Shown: piece after piece, positions 26,580 through 36,420 of the stretch | Layout of the letters: each line of letters opens with the position of its first letter | How positions within the stretch are numbered: position 1 is the stretch's first letter | Origin: a virus | Lineage: Duplodnaviria > Caudoviricetes | Virus record (IMG/VR): IMGVR_UViG_3300048849_000173 | Span: 2,104 to 66,103 of that record | Length of the DNA stretch: 64,000 nucleotides | Direction: 5' to 3' (one strand) | Translations under genes and position numbers: made by a program | The notes under the pieces: generated by a model | What the model was told of the DNA's origin: nothing | The model's database searches: none | The model's input: the letters and a program-made list of their open reading frames with translations, nothing else

Positions 26580-27475
26580 TCCTCCAGGGCGCCAAGCCAC
26601 AGCCGCGTGTAGGTCTCGCTGGCGCCACCTTCATCGGTACCGCTTTCGAAGACATGCGCCGCAGTAATGACGGCCAGTTGCGCGCCCCCGGCGAACGCAA
26701 TCAGATCTCCGGCACCAATCCGCCCATCGAAAGACATTCGGACGGTGCGCTGATGAACGAGACAGCGGGTCATGTTCCGCAAACGCTGGGCGTCCTTGAA
26801 TGGCGAGAAGCGTGCGACCCTCGGCTTGTCGCGGTTACCGAACACAACGCTCCCTGCCGCATCCAAAGAGTAGAACCACGGCACCTGGTGCCGCTCAAGG
26901 AAACCGCCATCGACGTCGTCGGCGGCGTTGTCAGGCAGCGTCTTCGCCGGGGTCTGCTTGAACAGGTCGGCGAGTCTGGCGAACTGCAGCCGCCCGCTCT
27001 TCCATCGGACGACGCCGCCCTCCTCCTGCAAAGCCCGAGCGATGTGAAACGTTGGCGTGCCGCCGACCGGGCAGCAGAACCGGGCGACCGGCAGATCCGC
27101 ATCGACCGCTTGGATAGTCGCGCCAGCAGCGCGGTAGATCGTCGAAAGCGCTGCGCTCTCCTTGATGATGGCGCGGCTGCGGACGTACGCCACCCCCAGG
27201 CACGAGGCCAGCAGCGCGGTGATGCGGACAGCCGCCAACTCGCGCGTGCCCTGAGAATTCCTGCCCGCCACCCTGACGGACTTGACGATGTGCAGGGCGT
27301 CGCCGCTGCTGGTGGAAAGCGTTTGCCCTTCGGCCAGGAGCTTTTCGAGCTCGGCGTCACCCGTACGGATGTCGGCTTCGAGCGTGAGCGGGATGGGCGC
27401 CAGGTCCGCGCGAAGCACGGCGGAATTGATGAGGTCGCCCCTGATCTGACTGCCGTTGGCGAGGAACAGAATCAC
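26576..27475 (-). CDS. Baseplate hub protein (gpD/gp44-like)
   Basis: About 300 aa directly upstream of the spike gene. Confidence 0.6.
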   Translation of the reverse strand: MILFLANGSQIRGDLINSAVLRADLAPIPLTLEADIRTGDAELEKLLAEGQTLSTSSGDALHIVKSVRVAGRNSQGTRELAAVRITALLASCLGVAYVRSRAIIKESAALSTIYRAAGATIQAVDADLPVARFCCPVGGTPTFHIARALQEEGGVVRWKSGRLQFARLADLFKQTPAKTLPDNAADDVDGGFLERHQVPWFYSLDAAGSVVFGNRDKPRVARFSPFKDAQRLRNMTRCLVHQRTVRMSFDGRIGAGDLIAFAGGAQLAVITAAHVFESGTDEGGASETYTRLWLGALEE

Positions 27476-27482
27476 GCCTGGC

Positions 27483-27866
27483 CTATATCGTCACTATCGG
27501 CTGGAAGAACGCGCGCTGGGGCATTTCTGCTTCGGCCTGCGTGATATCCGTGGCTATTTCGCTGACCGATCGCCCGTAGGGGTCAATCCCCATCGTCCTT
27601 GAGGCTTCGAGCTGGATCGCCGTTTCACGGTCCACGTACAGGAGGAAGAGCGGCCGGATGAGCGCCCACTCAGAAAGGGTTATGACGGTCTCTGGCGTAA
27701 TGACATGCTCGGCTTCAACGCCTTCGAAGCACCGCAGCAAGGCGAAGCCGGCATAAAACCGCGTGGCCGCCAGCGCCTGCGCCCTGACGCCATCCTCGTC
27801 CAGCAGGTTACCGGCCGGCCGCTCCCCTGACATGAATGCCTGCGCGAGTTCGGACAGCGTTGCCAT
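27483..27866 (-). CDS. Phage morphogenesis hypothetical protein
   Basis: Coupled to the tube gene. Confidence 0.6.
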   Translation of the reverse strand: MATLSELAQAFMSGERPAGNLLDEDGVRAQALAATRFYAGFALLRCFEGVEAEHVITPETVITLSEWALIRPLFLLYVDRETAIQLEASRTMGIDPYGRSVSEIATDITQAEAEMPQRAFFQPIVTI

Positions 27867-28387
27867 CAGCGATAGTCGCCGGAGTTCCCAGGAATCACTT
27901 CGCCGAAGTAATGGTAGAAAATCGTGCCGCTGAAGGCCAGGGGCTGAGATCGGTTCTCCCAGTCACGGTCTGCCACATCCATCTGAATGAATGCGTCGAT
28001 GATCCGCTTGGCGCGCAGGTACTTCGTGGGGGTACCTTCGTAAATTTTGGCATTGAAGGTGGCGCCGCCGCTGGCATACGTGCCACCCCGAGTAATCAGG
28101 CTCACCAACATCTGGTCGACGGTTCCCGCAACCGTTTCAAACATGGAAATAGGCCCCTGCTGAGCGACCTTGATCTGCTGAGGCTGCCACATCGTCGCGC
28201 CGAGTACTGTTGGGACTTCGATTTCGCCGCCGGGGGAGAGCTCTGGCCAGGGCGCCTGCTTGCAGAGGAGGTAGTTGCCCTCGAAGCCTTCGATCTCGAA
28301 CGTGAAGTCACTGGAAATGACCTTGGCGCCCAGGGCGCGGGTCGTGTCATAGAAGCCCCGGAGGTAGGCGGCGTTGGATACAGTCAT
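27866..28387 (-). CDS. Tail tube protein
   Basis: 173 aa, beta-rich; FEIEG...LLCKQAPWP...GEIEVP pattern of P1-like tube proteins. Confidence 0.65.
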   Translation of the reverse strand: MTVSNAAYLRGFYDTTRALGAKVISSDFTFEIEGFEGNYLLCKQAPWPELSPGGEIEVPTVLGATMWQPQQIKVAQQGPISMFETVAGTVDQMLVSLITRGGTYASGGATFNAKIYEGTPTKYLRAKRIIDAFIQMDVADRDWENRSQPLAFSGTIFYHYFGEVIPGNSGDYR

Positions 28388-28422
28388 CTCGTGTCCTTGC
28401 GGTGTATTGAATGCGCCTGCCC

Positions 28423-28463
28423 AATGTATGGCCGAGCCCAGCCTTGAGCGGCTACCGTTTTCC
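28423..28463 (-). promoter_or_regulatory. Putative late promoter
   Basis: GGAAAA-N29-TACATT upstream of the tube gene. Confidence 0.7.
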
Positions 28464-28475
28464 GCCTACCAACGT

Positions 28476-29081
28476 CTACTTGTGGGTGCCCGACGACTCC
28501 AGCGTCACACTACCGGGGGACACAGCGAACTGTCGCACCTCGGCATTCGTCCGTTGAGATTCGCCCGTCGTTCCAAACCAGAACGCCATTACCTGCTTCA
28601 GCTCGTTGAACCAGTAGCCAATCACCGTGCCAATGGTCAGACTGGCAGTCGCATCTTTGAGCAGAGCTGCGGCGCTGCCGGAAAGCACGTAGTAAACGAT
28701 CCCGATCGCGCCAAGGACTAGGAACAGGGTGATAGTTGGCCGAACCCAGTCGTTGCGCTGACCTGAGGCAAGCTTTCGAGCGCTGTCGCGATCAGCCGCC
28801 TCTGCGGCGTACTGTTCGCCGGCCGCCTTCAGCCGGGTCTGCTCGGCGGTGACCGCCAGCTGCTGCAGTTGGACCGTCGAATTGATTTCGAGCTCTCGAA
28901 GCTTTGTCGCAGCGTTCGGCTCATTGAGCAGAGCGGTCGACACGGCGTCAGGCGTTGCCTCAGTACCCAACGCTTTTGCCACAATCGCTCCAACGGCGGC
29001 GCCAGCCGGGCCGCCCAGCACGCCCCCGAGGATCGGTGCTGCCGAACGCACCACGCCGGCTACGTCATTCCAGTTCATCAC
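28476..29081 (-). CDS. Membrane lysis-associated protein (3TM-holin-like)
   Basis: APILGGVLGGPAGAAVG N-terminus, RDSAR, two C-terminal TM helices, FWFGTT. Confidence 0.7.
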   Translation of the reverse strand: MMNWNDVAGVVRSAAPILGGVLGGPAGAAVGAIVAKALGTEATPDAVSTALLNEPNAATKLRELEINSTVQLQQLAVTAEQTRLKAAGEQYAAEAADRDSARKLASGQRNDWVRPTITLFLVLGAIGIVYYVLSGSAAALLKDATASLTIGTVIGYWFNELKQVMAFWFGTTGESQRTNAEVRQFAVSPGSVTLESSGTHK

Positions 29082-29680
29082 ATGCCTTCCCTATCGAATC
29101 GTTCAAACGCTGCAGCCATCTTCTTGTCGTAGGCATTGGCCGCGTATCCCGGCCCGTTGTAGAGTGCCGCGAACCGCTTCCAATCCTTCGCCTTCAACGC
29201 GTCCCACATAATTGGGTTCGCCTTCAGGAACAAGACGAAAGCCGCAAGGTGCTCCCCCTCGTTCCTGTACATCGCAGTCACGAAGGCCTGCACCGAACTG
29301 AAGCCGATCAGCTTCCAGTGATAGCCCATGATCTGAAATCGCCCCCAGCTCGCGGACTCAAGAGCGCACGCCCTGTGGATACCAGCCGCCTTGGCCAGCC
29401 GATCGCACTCGACCACGCCGCTGCGATAGCCGCCAGAGGTGGGATTCACAACGTCGGGATGTCTGGCTGCCAACGCGTCGGCCTGGCGCGCGCCCAGCGC
29501 CTGCTTGAGCCGTCGATACATGACATGGCGCTCGAACAGGATCACGGGGCGACCATCCGCATAGAAGCCACGTCCTAGGCTCTCGACTTCGGTCACTGAT
29601 CGAATCGCCGCCAGTGGCACCGCGAGGTCCGCGGCAGCTCGCGCCATGTCCGAGATGCTCAGCGTTTTTTCAGCGTCCAT
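29078..29680 (-). CDS. Endolysin, N-acetylmuramidase family
   Basis: VES.GRGF...ILFERH, ALESASWGRFQIMG.HW, W.RFA.LYNGPGY..N.YD.KM. Confidence 0.92.
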   Translation of the reverse strand: MDAEKTLSISDMARAAADLAVPLAAIRSVTEVESLGRGFYADGRPVILFERHVMYRRLKQALGARQADALAARHPDVVNPTSGGYRSGVVECDRLAKAAGIHRACALESASWGRFQIMGYHWKLIGFSSVQAFVTAMYRNEGEHLAAFVLFLKANPIMWDALKAKDWKRFAALYNGPGYAANAYDKKMAAAFERFDREGM

Positions 29681-29694
29681 GGCAAGGCCTCGAC

Positions 29695-29943
29695 CTACAA
29701 TTCACAACGCGCGCGCAGCGCCACGATCCGCATCGCGCTTTCGGCCGCCTCACGCCTATCGCGGCGACGGAGAAAATAGCCGTTGACCGCAAGGCTTGCG
29801 AGCGCGATCAGGATGCCGGCCCAGCCCATCCAATTCACGGACAACAACCACCCCAAAAAGCCAGTGGCCGCGCCGGCGGTTGTCGCTTTGCCCGAAGCTG
29901 CAATGGCCGCGGCCTCAGCCGCCACTTCGTCGAACTTCATCAT
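29695..29943 (-). CDS. Holin
   Basis: Small, two TM helices, charged C-terminus, dual ATG; upstream of the endolysin. Confidence 0.7.
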   Translation of the reverse strand: MMKFDEVAAEAAAIAASGKATTAGAATGFLGWLLSVNWMGWAGILIALASLAVNGYFLRRRDRREAAESAMRIVALRARCEL

Positions 29944-30180
29944 CGGCTTCTCGCGATCGTCTTGTTGAGCACGCCGATAGCCCGAACGACGTTATTGAGG
30001 CGATCCGCTATGCCTGTCTGCACTTTCAATTCAGCCTCCCTTCTCTTCGTCCAGTCGTCGTACGGCTTTCCGTCGAAGAATGCTTGGACGGTGCTGGGCT
30101 GCATGCGCAAAGCATCGCTCAGCGATGTCGAGGAATATAGGGTCAGGCTAGATGCGAGACTCAACAGGTTTTCCGACCAG
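29940..30180 (-). CDS. Small tail-assembly ORF overlapping the chaperone gene end (start uncertain; possible frameshift product)
   Basis: Protein-like stretch WSENLLSLASSLTLYSS...QAFFDGKPYDDWTKRREAELK in a second frame, with no well-placed ATG before 30104. Confidence 0.5.
30134..30174 (-). promoter_or_regulatory. Putative late promoter upstream of the lysis genes (inside coding sequence)
   Basis: GGAAAA-N29-TATATT. Confidence 0.6.
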
Positions 30181-30936
30181 GTCGAGCGCCAGCTGGGAGA
30201 GGCAGGAATGAACCGGAAATCGCGCCGGCGGCAGATTCGCTGCCGCCCCTCCTTTCGGCATGGCCACAATGCCGTCCGAAGCAAACTCCACGCGGAAGAG
30301 GTGGTACAGCTTCTCGCGACCAGCATAGAAAGCCATCATGAGCGCAGTGAAATCGCTGTCGGGAAACGCGCTCATCACCTTCATTCGCTCGACCAGGTAC
30401 TCGTCATAGGCGCCATCTGCGAGTGACGCGTCGGGCGTCGTTTCACCGCTGCGCACTAGCTGAGAGGCCATTGCACCGAGTATCCAATGGAGCCTGCCGG
30501 GGATCGGCGCACCAGACTTATCCGGAACCTCGCCCGCCATCCGCTCGATGGACTCGGCCATGGCACCCGTCAGGTGACGAGCAGACCAGGCGTCCCCTCC
30601 GATGGTACCGACCTCGACCTGCGCGACGTTGGTCTGAACGTCGTTCGTCCCATCCAAATAGTCCGAGTACCGCGCCTCAGTGCCCACCAGGAAGTCGGGC
30701 CCATCTTCGGAAGTGGCTGCCAAGTAGTGGCACACCGCCAGCAAACGCTCCGGAACCGTCCAGGCGGCCGGATCTTCCGCACCCTTGACCGACTCCACCG
30801 CCGATCGAAGAAACGCCGTGCAGGCCGCTTCTTCAAGATGAGATGGCATTCCAGCGATGGCGACAGACTCGCTGATCGACAGCTCGCGTAACTGTATGGT
30901 CAGGCGACGCGTTCGAAGCGGAGGAAAGTGAATCAA
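30148..30936 (-). CDS. Putative tail assembly chaperone
   Basis: 262 aa in the tail operon, followed by an overlapping short ORF (G/GT-like layout). Confidence 0.5.
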   Translation of the reverse strand: MIHFPPLRTRRLTIQLRELSISESVAIAGMPSHLEEAACTAFLRSAVESVKGAEDPAAWTVPERLLAVCHYLAATSEDGPDFLVGTEARYSDYLDGTNDVQTNVAQVEVGTIGGDAWSARHLTGAMAESIERMAGEVPDKSGAPIPGRLHWILGAMASQLVRSGETTPDASLADGAYDEYLVERMKVMSAFPDSDFTALMMAFYAGREKLYHLFRVEFASDGIVAMPKGGAAANLPPARFPVHSCLSQLALDLVGKPVESRI

Positions 30937-30946
30937 TTTCGGTCCT

Positions 30947-31735
30947 TCAAAGCGACATGTTGGAAGCGGCCGTCCAGTCTTTTCTGTCGATCGCCGTGAG
31001 CGTGCACAACGTCAGCGGAACCGCCAGTTGCACGTAGCGGCCATCCTTGTCGACGGGCGAGCTCATCGGCATTCCGATCGACTCGATCACCAATGGCGAA
31101 TAGGTCCGGCCCTTGTAATGCATGGCTATTCGTGTCGGTGACGTGGAAGGCAGTAAGGCCTCGATGTATCCCTTGTCGCCCTTTACCGCCTCCACTGCAC
31201 GCGCAAGCACTGACCCGTCCTCGGATAGCGAAACAGGCAGCGCCCATCTGATCAACTTGTCAAAGGGCGCTTCGACCTCGGAGGCAGCGTCTTGCCAAGC
31301 ACGAAATAGAGCAGTCACCGTGATCTTGACCGGCGGCATCCCGTTGAAAACCTGCATGGAGTTCAGCTTGGTCACCCCGGTACGGCCCTCGAATTGGCGC
31401 AGGAACTCGTTGGCGCGCTTGTGCACGCCGCCCTCCTCCACCTTGGGTGCCACCGCATCGATGATTGGCTGCAGTACGCCCGACTGCAGCATCGCAAGGA
31501 GCGTGGGCGCGCGCGACTCTGGGCCAGCTTGCTCGAACGGACTTTGCCAGTTGAGCACCACTTCAAGGTTTGCCTCGGTCAGCGGCGCACGCACGGGAGT
31601 TGGATCCGTCTTGCCCTCAACGTGGCCCCAGCCACCGCCTTCATTCCTAGCGACCTCGGTGAAGGTCGCAATTAGGTGGCGAGAGAGGCCATCCCAGACG
31701 GAACCCAGTGCATTGCCGTTCAGCTTGGTGGACAC
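30947..31735 (-). CDS. Phage tail/baseplate protein (tube-like)
   Basis: NWQSPFE and QVFNGMPPVKITVT..F motifs; position in the tail operon. Confidence 0.55.
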   Translation of the reverse strand: MSTKLNGNALGSVWDGLSRHLIATFTEVARNEGGGWGHVEGKTDPTPVRAPLTEANLEVVLNWQSPFEQAGPESRAPTLLAMLQSGVLQPIIDAVAPKVEEGGVHKRANEFLRQFEGRTGVTKLNSMQVFNGMPPVKITVTALFRAWQDAASEVEAPFDKLIRWALPVSLSEDGSVLARAVEAVKGDKGYIEALLPSTSPTRIAMHYKGRTYSPLVIESIGMPMSSPVDKDGRYVQLAVPLTLCTLTAIDRKDWTAASNMSL

Positions 31736-31793
31736 AAGCGCTCTGGGGTCGCCGACGCATGGTCAACGGCCCCTTCTCCAAGGTTAAAAGGGT

Positions 31794-32468
31794 TCAGAGC
31801 CCGCTCTTGCGCCGCATGCGCATGGACTTCATGCGCCGCATCATCGCGCCTGCGGAATGGCTTTTCATCCGTGCCTTTCGGATCGCGACCTTCTGCTTGC
31901 CTGAAAGGCGCACGGTCCCTGAGATCCGCTTGTTGATGCGCACCTTCTTACCCGCGCGGATAGCAAGCGTCTTCCGGTACACCGCATCCAGCGCAGGTTC
32001 CTGGTCGGCGTCGTTGAACACGAAGCTGTCGATCTCGGCGCCAGCCTCATCGTCGCCATCGGGAAGGACGGACGCCACCAGGTCTCGGACGCGATCGGCG
32101 ACGGTAGCGTCCCAATCGTTCAGAAGTGCGCTGACGTCATCTTCCGTCACTCCGACTTTGGCGAGGTAATCCCATGCCGCGTTCAGCGCGACCTCGAGGA
32201 CGCCCTGCTCGTCCTCAGTAACGTCTCCGTCGTGGTTTGCATCAGCGATGCCGACGAAGAGGGCCATCAGGCGATCGGCGTACGTTTCCCCATCGTCAAG
32301 ATCATCGGTCTCTGCCCACTGGTGCAGCACCCCGATAGCCGACACCGAAATGTCGTGAACGGTGTAGGCGTCGGCGCCCACGATTTCCGAAGAGTCCGTG
32401 GCTGCGTCCAACGTCTTAGCCGGTTCGCGGCGCGCCATAGCGACGCGCAGAACTTCGCTCATGCTCAT
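31794..32468 (-). CDS. Putative prohead core protein (acidic body, T4 gp68-like basic tail)
   Basis: Asp/Glu-rich N-region, then LDAVYRKTLAIRAGKKVRINKR...RMKSMRMRRKSGL. Confidence 0.5.
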   Translation of the reverse strand: MSMSEVLRVAMARREPAKTLDAATDSSEIVGADAYTVHDISVSAIGVLHQWAETDDLDDGETYADRLMALFVGIADANHDGDVTEDEQGVLEVALNAAWDYLAKVGVTEDDVSALLNDWDATVADRVRDLVASVLPDGDDEAGAEIDSFVFNDADQEPALDAVYRKTLAIRAGKKVRINKRISGTVRLSGKQKVAIRKARMKSHSAGAMMRRMKSMRMRRKSGL

Positions 32469-32490
32469 ATATGGTCCTTTGGCTGCGGCT

Positions 32491-34152
32491 TTACTTGGTG
32501 AGCGTCTGCGTGACGAAGGTCTGGCGATTGGTACCGTCGTAGCGGACCCCAAAGCTGACGTCCATGGAGTCGTACGGACGTTGCTCGTTCGGCACAACGG
32601 AAAACGTCCATGCACGCCCGTTCATCGCCGGATCGAGTGATGGCACCAACCAGCCGGACGCCTGTGCTGACTCCAGCAGTGATGTCAAGAAGTCGCGCAT
32701 GCGCCTCAAAGCGATGTCCATAGGCAATTGGAGGAAGTCCTTCCCAGCACGGGTGACCGCTTCGTCGATGCTTGTGGACATGTCTGCGACCGAAATCAGC
32801 TTCTTCAAGCTCGACTCGACCATTGCGCAAGTGAGCGAATCGCGGAACACATATCGACCGCCGCCGGTGTACGTTTCATAGACCACCGGGTTGATCTTGG
32901 CTCGCGCCAGCAAGTGAAGCTCATGATTCGAGGGCGAATAGGTCTGGTTGATCCGAGTGCGCTGCACCGGCCAGTCTCTGCCAGCAATCGGATAATTCTT
33001 CGGGGCGAATCCCTTCGCGTTTCTTGCAGCGTTGCGCCCGCAGGCATATGCGATATTGAGTGTCTCGGTGCCCCAATAGCCAGGAGGATTCACACCGGTC
33101 GGATCGTCGGACTTAAACGGGGTCCAAAAAGCCTGCAGCAGGTGGGCAGTCTGACTTGCCCCCATGTTCAACTGATTCACGAATGCAATCGCGGCGTCAG
33201 GCTTCAAGTTGCCTGGCACACCAAAGCGAAGCTGACGATTCGTGTCGAACGCTAGTTGCGCGAGCTGTGCAAGCAGTGCGGGGGCCTGAGAACCGCCCGA
33301 CGAAATGTACGCATAGTCCAACTGCGTGTGTTGCAGAGCCTTGCGAGCTTCGGCGTAGTCTTGGGTGGTATAGGCTGTTCCACCCTCCTTAAAGCAGACA
33401 GCGAGATGCGATCGTGCCCACTTTTGCTGCCCATTGGAGTCGTAGCCATAAGCGGCGGAGCCGGGCCAAATCACCGCATCGGTTCCAGTTGACCCTACGA
33501 CAATCTCCACAGCATCTGTTTGCGCCAGCGCCCGATCTGGCAGATACGCGGAGTTGCCGTAGTCGTCTAGGGCATCAGCCTTCAGCGATCCGGTAATGTC
33601 GTAAAGAAGAGTGCCGTCTCGATCTCGGATTCGGATCGTCAGCCGATCGTTAGGGGAAACGATTGACCCTGATTCAAATGAGTCAGCGTGGAATTCGACA
33701 ACGATGCCATCGTTGAAGCATTCCAGGTGCCTGATAGCGAATAGATATGGCTCTTTCGGCAGAGCGTCCATCACGTTGAACCAGTATTTTCCAGTGCGGG
33801 CCGACAGGTTGTAGTTGAGCTCATTTGAAATCACCAGCCACTGGATCGTTGCTGAAGATGGAACTAAGCGTTGCACGACTGCCTGGCTCGCACCTTTGTT
33901 CAGTGCTTCGACAACATGCACCCAGGCCTCATTCAAAGCAGTGACACGCACCTGCTCACCGCGGCCGAGGCGAGTCAAAACATTTCCTCGATCCACCGCA
34001 AAAGGCCTATCGATGCGACCTCGTGTGGCGCGCATGATGATGGCGAAGACCTGATCTGAAGTATCCGCTGCAGGGATTTCAGAAGCGTCACGCAGCGGAT
34101 TCAGCTGCACGCCCGATTCCGCACCAAGTTGTCGTACGAATGCGTTGACCAT
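32491..34152 (-). CDS. Tail sheath protein (P1 gp22-like)
   Basis: About 553 aa; C-terminal sheath motifs LARAKINPV, WLVPS...V.PNEQRPYD.MDV. Confidence 0.78.
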   Translation of the reverse strand: MVNAFVRQLGAESGVQLNPLRDASEIPAADTSDQVFAIIMRATRGRIDRPFAVDRGNVLTRLGRGEQVRVTALNEAWVHVVEALNKGASQAVVQRLVPSSATIQWLVISNELNYNLSARTGKYWFNVMDALPKEPYLFAIRHLECFNDGIVVEFHADSFESGSIVSPNDRLTIRIRDRDGTLLYDITGSLKADALDDYGNSAYLPDRALAQTDAVEIVVGSTGTDAVIWPGSAAYGYDSNGQQKWARSHLAVCFKEGGTAYTTQDYAEARKALQHTQLDYAYISSGGSQAPALLAQLAQLAFDTNRQLRFGVPGNLKPDAAIAFVNQLNMGASQTAHLLQAFWTPFKSDDPTGVNPPGYWGTETLNIAYACGRNAARNAKGFAPKNYPIAGRDWPVQRTRINQTYSPSNHELHLLARAKINPVVYETYTGGGRYVFRDSLTCAMVESSLKKLISVADMSTSIDEAVTRAGKDFLQLPMDIALRRMRDFLTSLLESAQASGWLVPSLDPAMNGRAWTFSVVPNEQRPYDSMDVSFGVRYDGTNRQTFVTQTLTK

Positions 34153-34168
34153 GTTCTTCGTTCCTGGT

Positions 34169-34675
34169 TTAGCTGTTGGGCGTGGCGGTCGAGCTACCTG
34201 CAACCGACTGCGAAGCGCCGCTAGCACCAGCGGCCGCAGCGTCGAGCAGTGCCGCGAGATCTGACTTTTTCGGGTTACTAGCGAAGTCGACGCCGCGCTG
34301 CTTCAGTGCGTCCTTCAACTGTTCGAACGACAATCCATCAGACGGCTTTTTCGATGGTTCGACTTCCACCTCCAAAACCTCGGCGATGGTGATTGCCGAT
34401 TCGTAACCGTTCAGCTCAGCTACTTGCTCGATACTCGACACAAGGCGTTGCATCAAATCAAAATCATTGATGACGACCTCACGCTCGGTACCGGTCGCGC
34501 TCGCAACATGGCTTAGCAGCAAGCCGGCGACCTCCGGGAACACCACGTCGCGCGGCATGAGGTTCTTCACCAGGACCTTGAGTGGGAATTTCGCCTCGGC
34601 GAACGTCTCCAACAGAAGAGCGGCTGTGTCCTTGCCAGTTACGGAAGGAGCACCCAATTCGATTGTTCGGGTCAT
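34169..34675 (-). CDS. Hypothetical protein with C-terminal HeH/LEM-like motif
   Basis: LSFEQLKDALKQRGVDFASNPKKSDLAALL. Confidence 0.6.
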   Translation of the reverse strand: MTRTIELGAPSVTGKDTAALLLETFAEAKFPLKVLVKNLMPRDVVFPEVAGLLLSHVASATGTEREVVINDFDLMQRLVSSIEQVAELNGYESAITIAEVLEVEVEPSKKPSDGLSFEQLKDALKQRGVDFASNPKKSDLAALLDAAAAGASGASQSVAGSSTATPNS

Positions 34676-34690
34676 GTCTTGGCTGCCCCT

Positions 34691-36358
34691 TTACATGTTG
34701 ATGACGTCGATCAGCGCAAAACCGCGCGCCGATGGGTCGTGCGGATTGACCGCAGTGAAGTTGCGGGCATAGAACGCGGCGCCCTGCTGCATGTCGCGTC
34801 CCATCGACAGCGGAACGACTGTCGGGGGGACGGCGTCACCGAGTACCACGGGGTTGCGTGTGACATCGGTCGCGCGGCCGACGGCGAGGATCTGTGCGCT
34901 GGTCGCGGTTTCCTTCAAACCCTTGGGGGTGTAGTACACGTCGTACTGGCCGAACAGTCGGCCAAGACGATAGATTCCCGGGCGCGGGGCAATTCCGGAC
35001 GGTTGGAAAACCGTGCTGGGAAGCCCAAGTAGTTGAGCAGCCACCCGCTTGCCAACGTACAGATGCGTGACACCGTGATTCATCGTGTCTTCAGCCATCT
35101 TCTGCGACACGACACCAAGCGGGTAAGAGAAGTCCTGCCAGATTTCGGCTCGGTTCTTCTGCGCCTGCTGGCTAGCCAATGCGAAGTCGAAAGTTGCGGT
35201 GTTGAGGGCGGCGAGGCGCCGCCCCTTGCGCAGGACGTCGTAGTGACGCTCATTGGCGAACTGCGCCTGAATGGCGATCACGCTCTCGCTGTAGGGATCC
35301 AAGCCCAGTTCGTTCGCCATCTGCGTGCGGCTATCGATGGTCTGGTGCGTGGTGACGCGCCACGGCTTGGCATGCAGCGTGTAGGTGTTGACCGCCGAAA
35401 TGACCGTGGGCGTCAGGTCACCATCGCGCTCGAAGTCGATGAAGCCCTCCACGACCACGCTTACCGTACCTGGCAACGGAGGTGTCGAGGTCAACGCATA
35501 GGCGCCCGTGTCGGTATTGATCGTCCCGCCTATTGCGTAGCTCAATCCCCCGATTGTCAAAGTTCCAGAGACGGCCGAAGCGCCGCTGCCCGATGAGTCA
35601 ACTTCTCGCGCAGCAACTCGACCGTCCACGTAGACGATCGAACGGCCCCGCAGCAATTTTAGGTTCCCAGCTTCTGGATCGCAGGTGTCTTCCGTAGCCT
35701 GCAACTTGGTGAGCTTGCCTGTGATGGCGCCAGTCTCCTTGACTGGAACCGACGTGTGCACACGGCTGGAACTGATGTAGGTGTCACCGGACGACACACC
35801 ATCGAGAAGCGCGCCTTGAGCGTATGCGCCGAAGGTGCTGCCCGCGTGGTGAGTCATGATCGCAAGGCGTGCTTCGTTTGAACCAATGTCCGCCGGAAGG
35901 TAGTGGGCAAACGGGATCGCTTCGCCCATTGCCGACAGGATCGCAACGACTGCACGATTCGGCTGCAACGACATTTGGTCGTGGTGCGAGGACGTCGCTG
36001 AATCGAGGCGATACTGGCGGCGGGCGGCATCGGTGGTGGCATAGGCCGCGTGCAGCGCCGTCTCCACCACGTCAGCGGGCGCCTCGCTACCGTGCTGTGA
36101 CTCATAGGCGGAAACGCCGTCCAGCACCGCTCGCGTAACAAAGGCGGCTTGCTCCTCGCCCTTGGTTTCATCCAATACAGCCTGCAGGGTCGCGGGGATC
36201 TTGACGCTGGTGCTTTGGTTTGTGGCCGCTGAGATGAAGTCGGCCGCAGCAGCGGAGTCGAACGTACCGCCCTTGTGCGCGTTTTCCTTCAAGGAACCCA
36301 CAAAGCTGGCGACTTCGGCAGTCTCGCGCTTGAAGTAGTCCTGATGGCGCTTGGTCAT
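34691..36358 (-). CDS. Major capsid protein precursor (P1 gp23-like)
   Basis: 555 aa with its own promoter and RBS; HK97-fold-like segments QTIDSRTQM.NELGLD...QFANERH; N-terminal propeptide-like region. Confidence 0.78.
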   Translation of the reverse strand: MTKRHQDYFKRETAEVASFVGSLKENAHKGGTFDSAAAADFISAATNQSTSVKIPATLQAVLDETKGEEQAAFVTRAVLDGVSAYESQHGSEAPADVVETALHAAYATTDAARRQYRLDSATSSHHDQMSLQPNRAVVAILSAMGEAIPFAHYLPADIGSNEARLAIMTHHAGSTFGAYAQGALLDGVSSGDTYISSSRVHTSVPVKETGAITGKLTKLQATEDTCDPEAGNLKLLRGRSIVYVDGRVAAREVDSSGSGASAVSGTLTIGGLSYAIGGTINTDTGAYALTSTPPLPGTVSVVVEGFIDFERDGDLTPTVISAVNTYTLHAKPWRVTTHQTIDSRTQMANELGLDPYSESVIAIQAQFANERHYDVLRKGRRLAALNTATFDFALASQQAQKNRAEIWQDFSYPLGVVSQKMAEDTMNHGVTHLYVGKRVAAQLLGLPSTVFQPSGIAPRPGIYRLGRLFGQYDVYYTPKGLKETATSAQILAVGRATDVTRNPVVLGDAVPPTVVPLSMGRDMQQGAAFYARNFTAVNPHDPSARGFALIDVINM

Positions 36359-36420
36359 GTAATCGTGTCCTTTCGGAGAAGTTCAAACACTGGATTGCCG
36401 GGCACAGCCGACTTCCGAGC

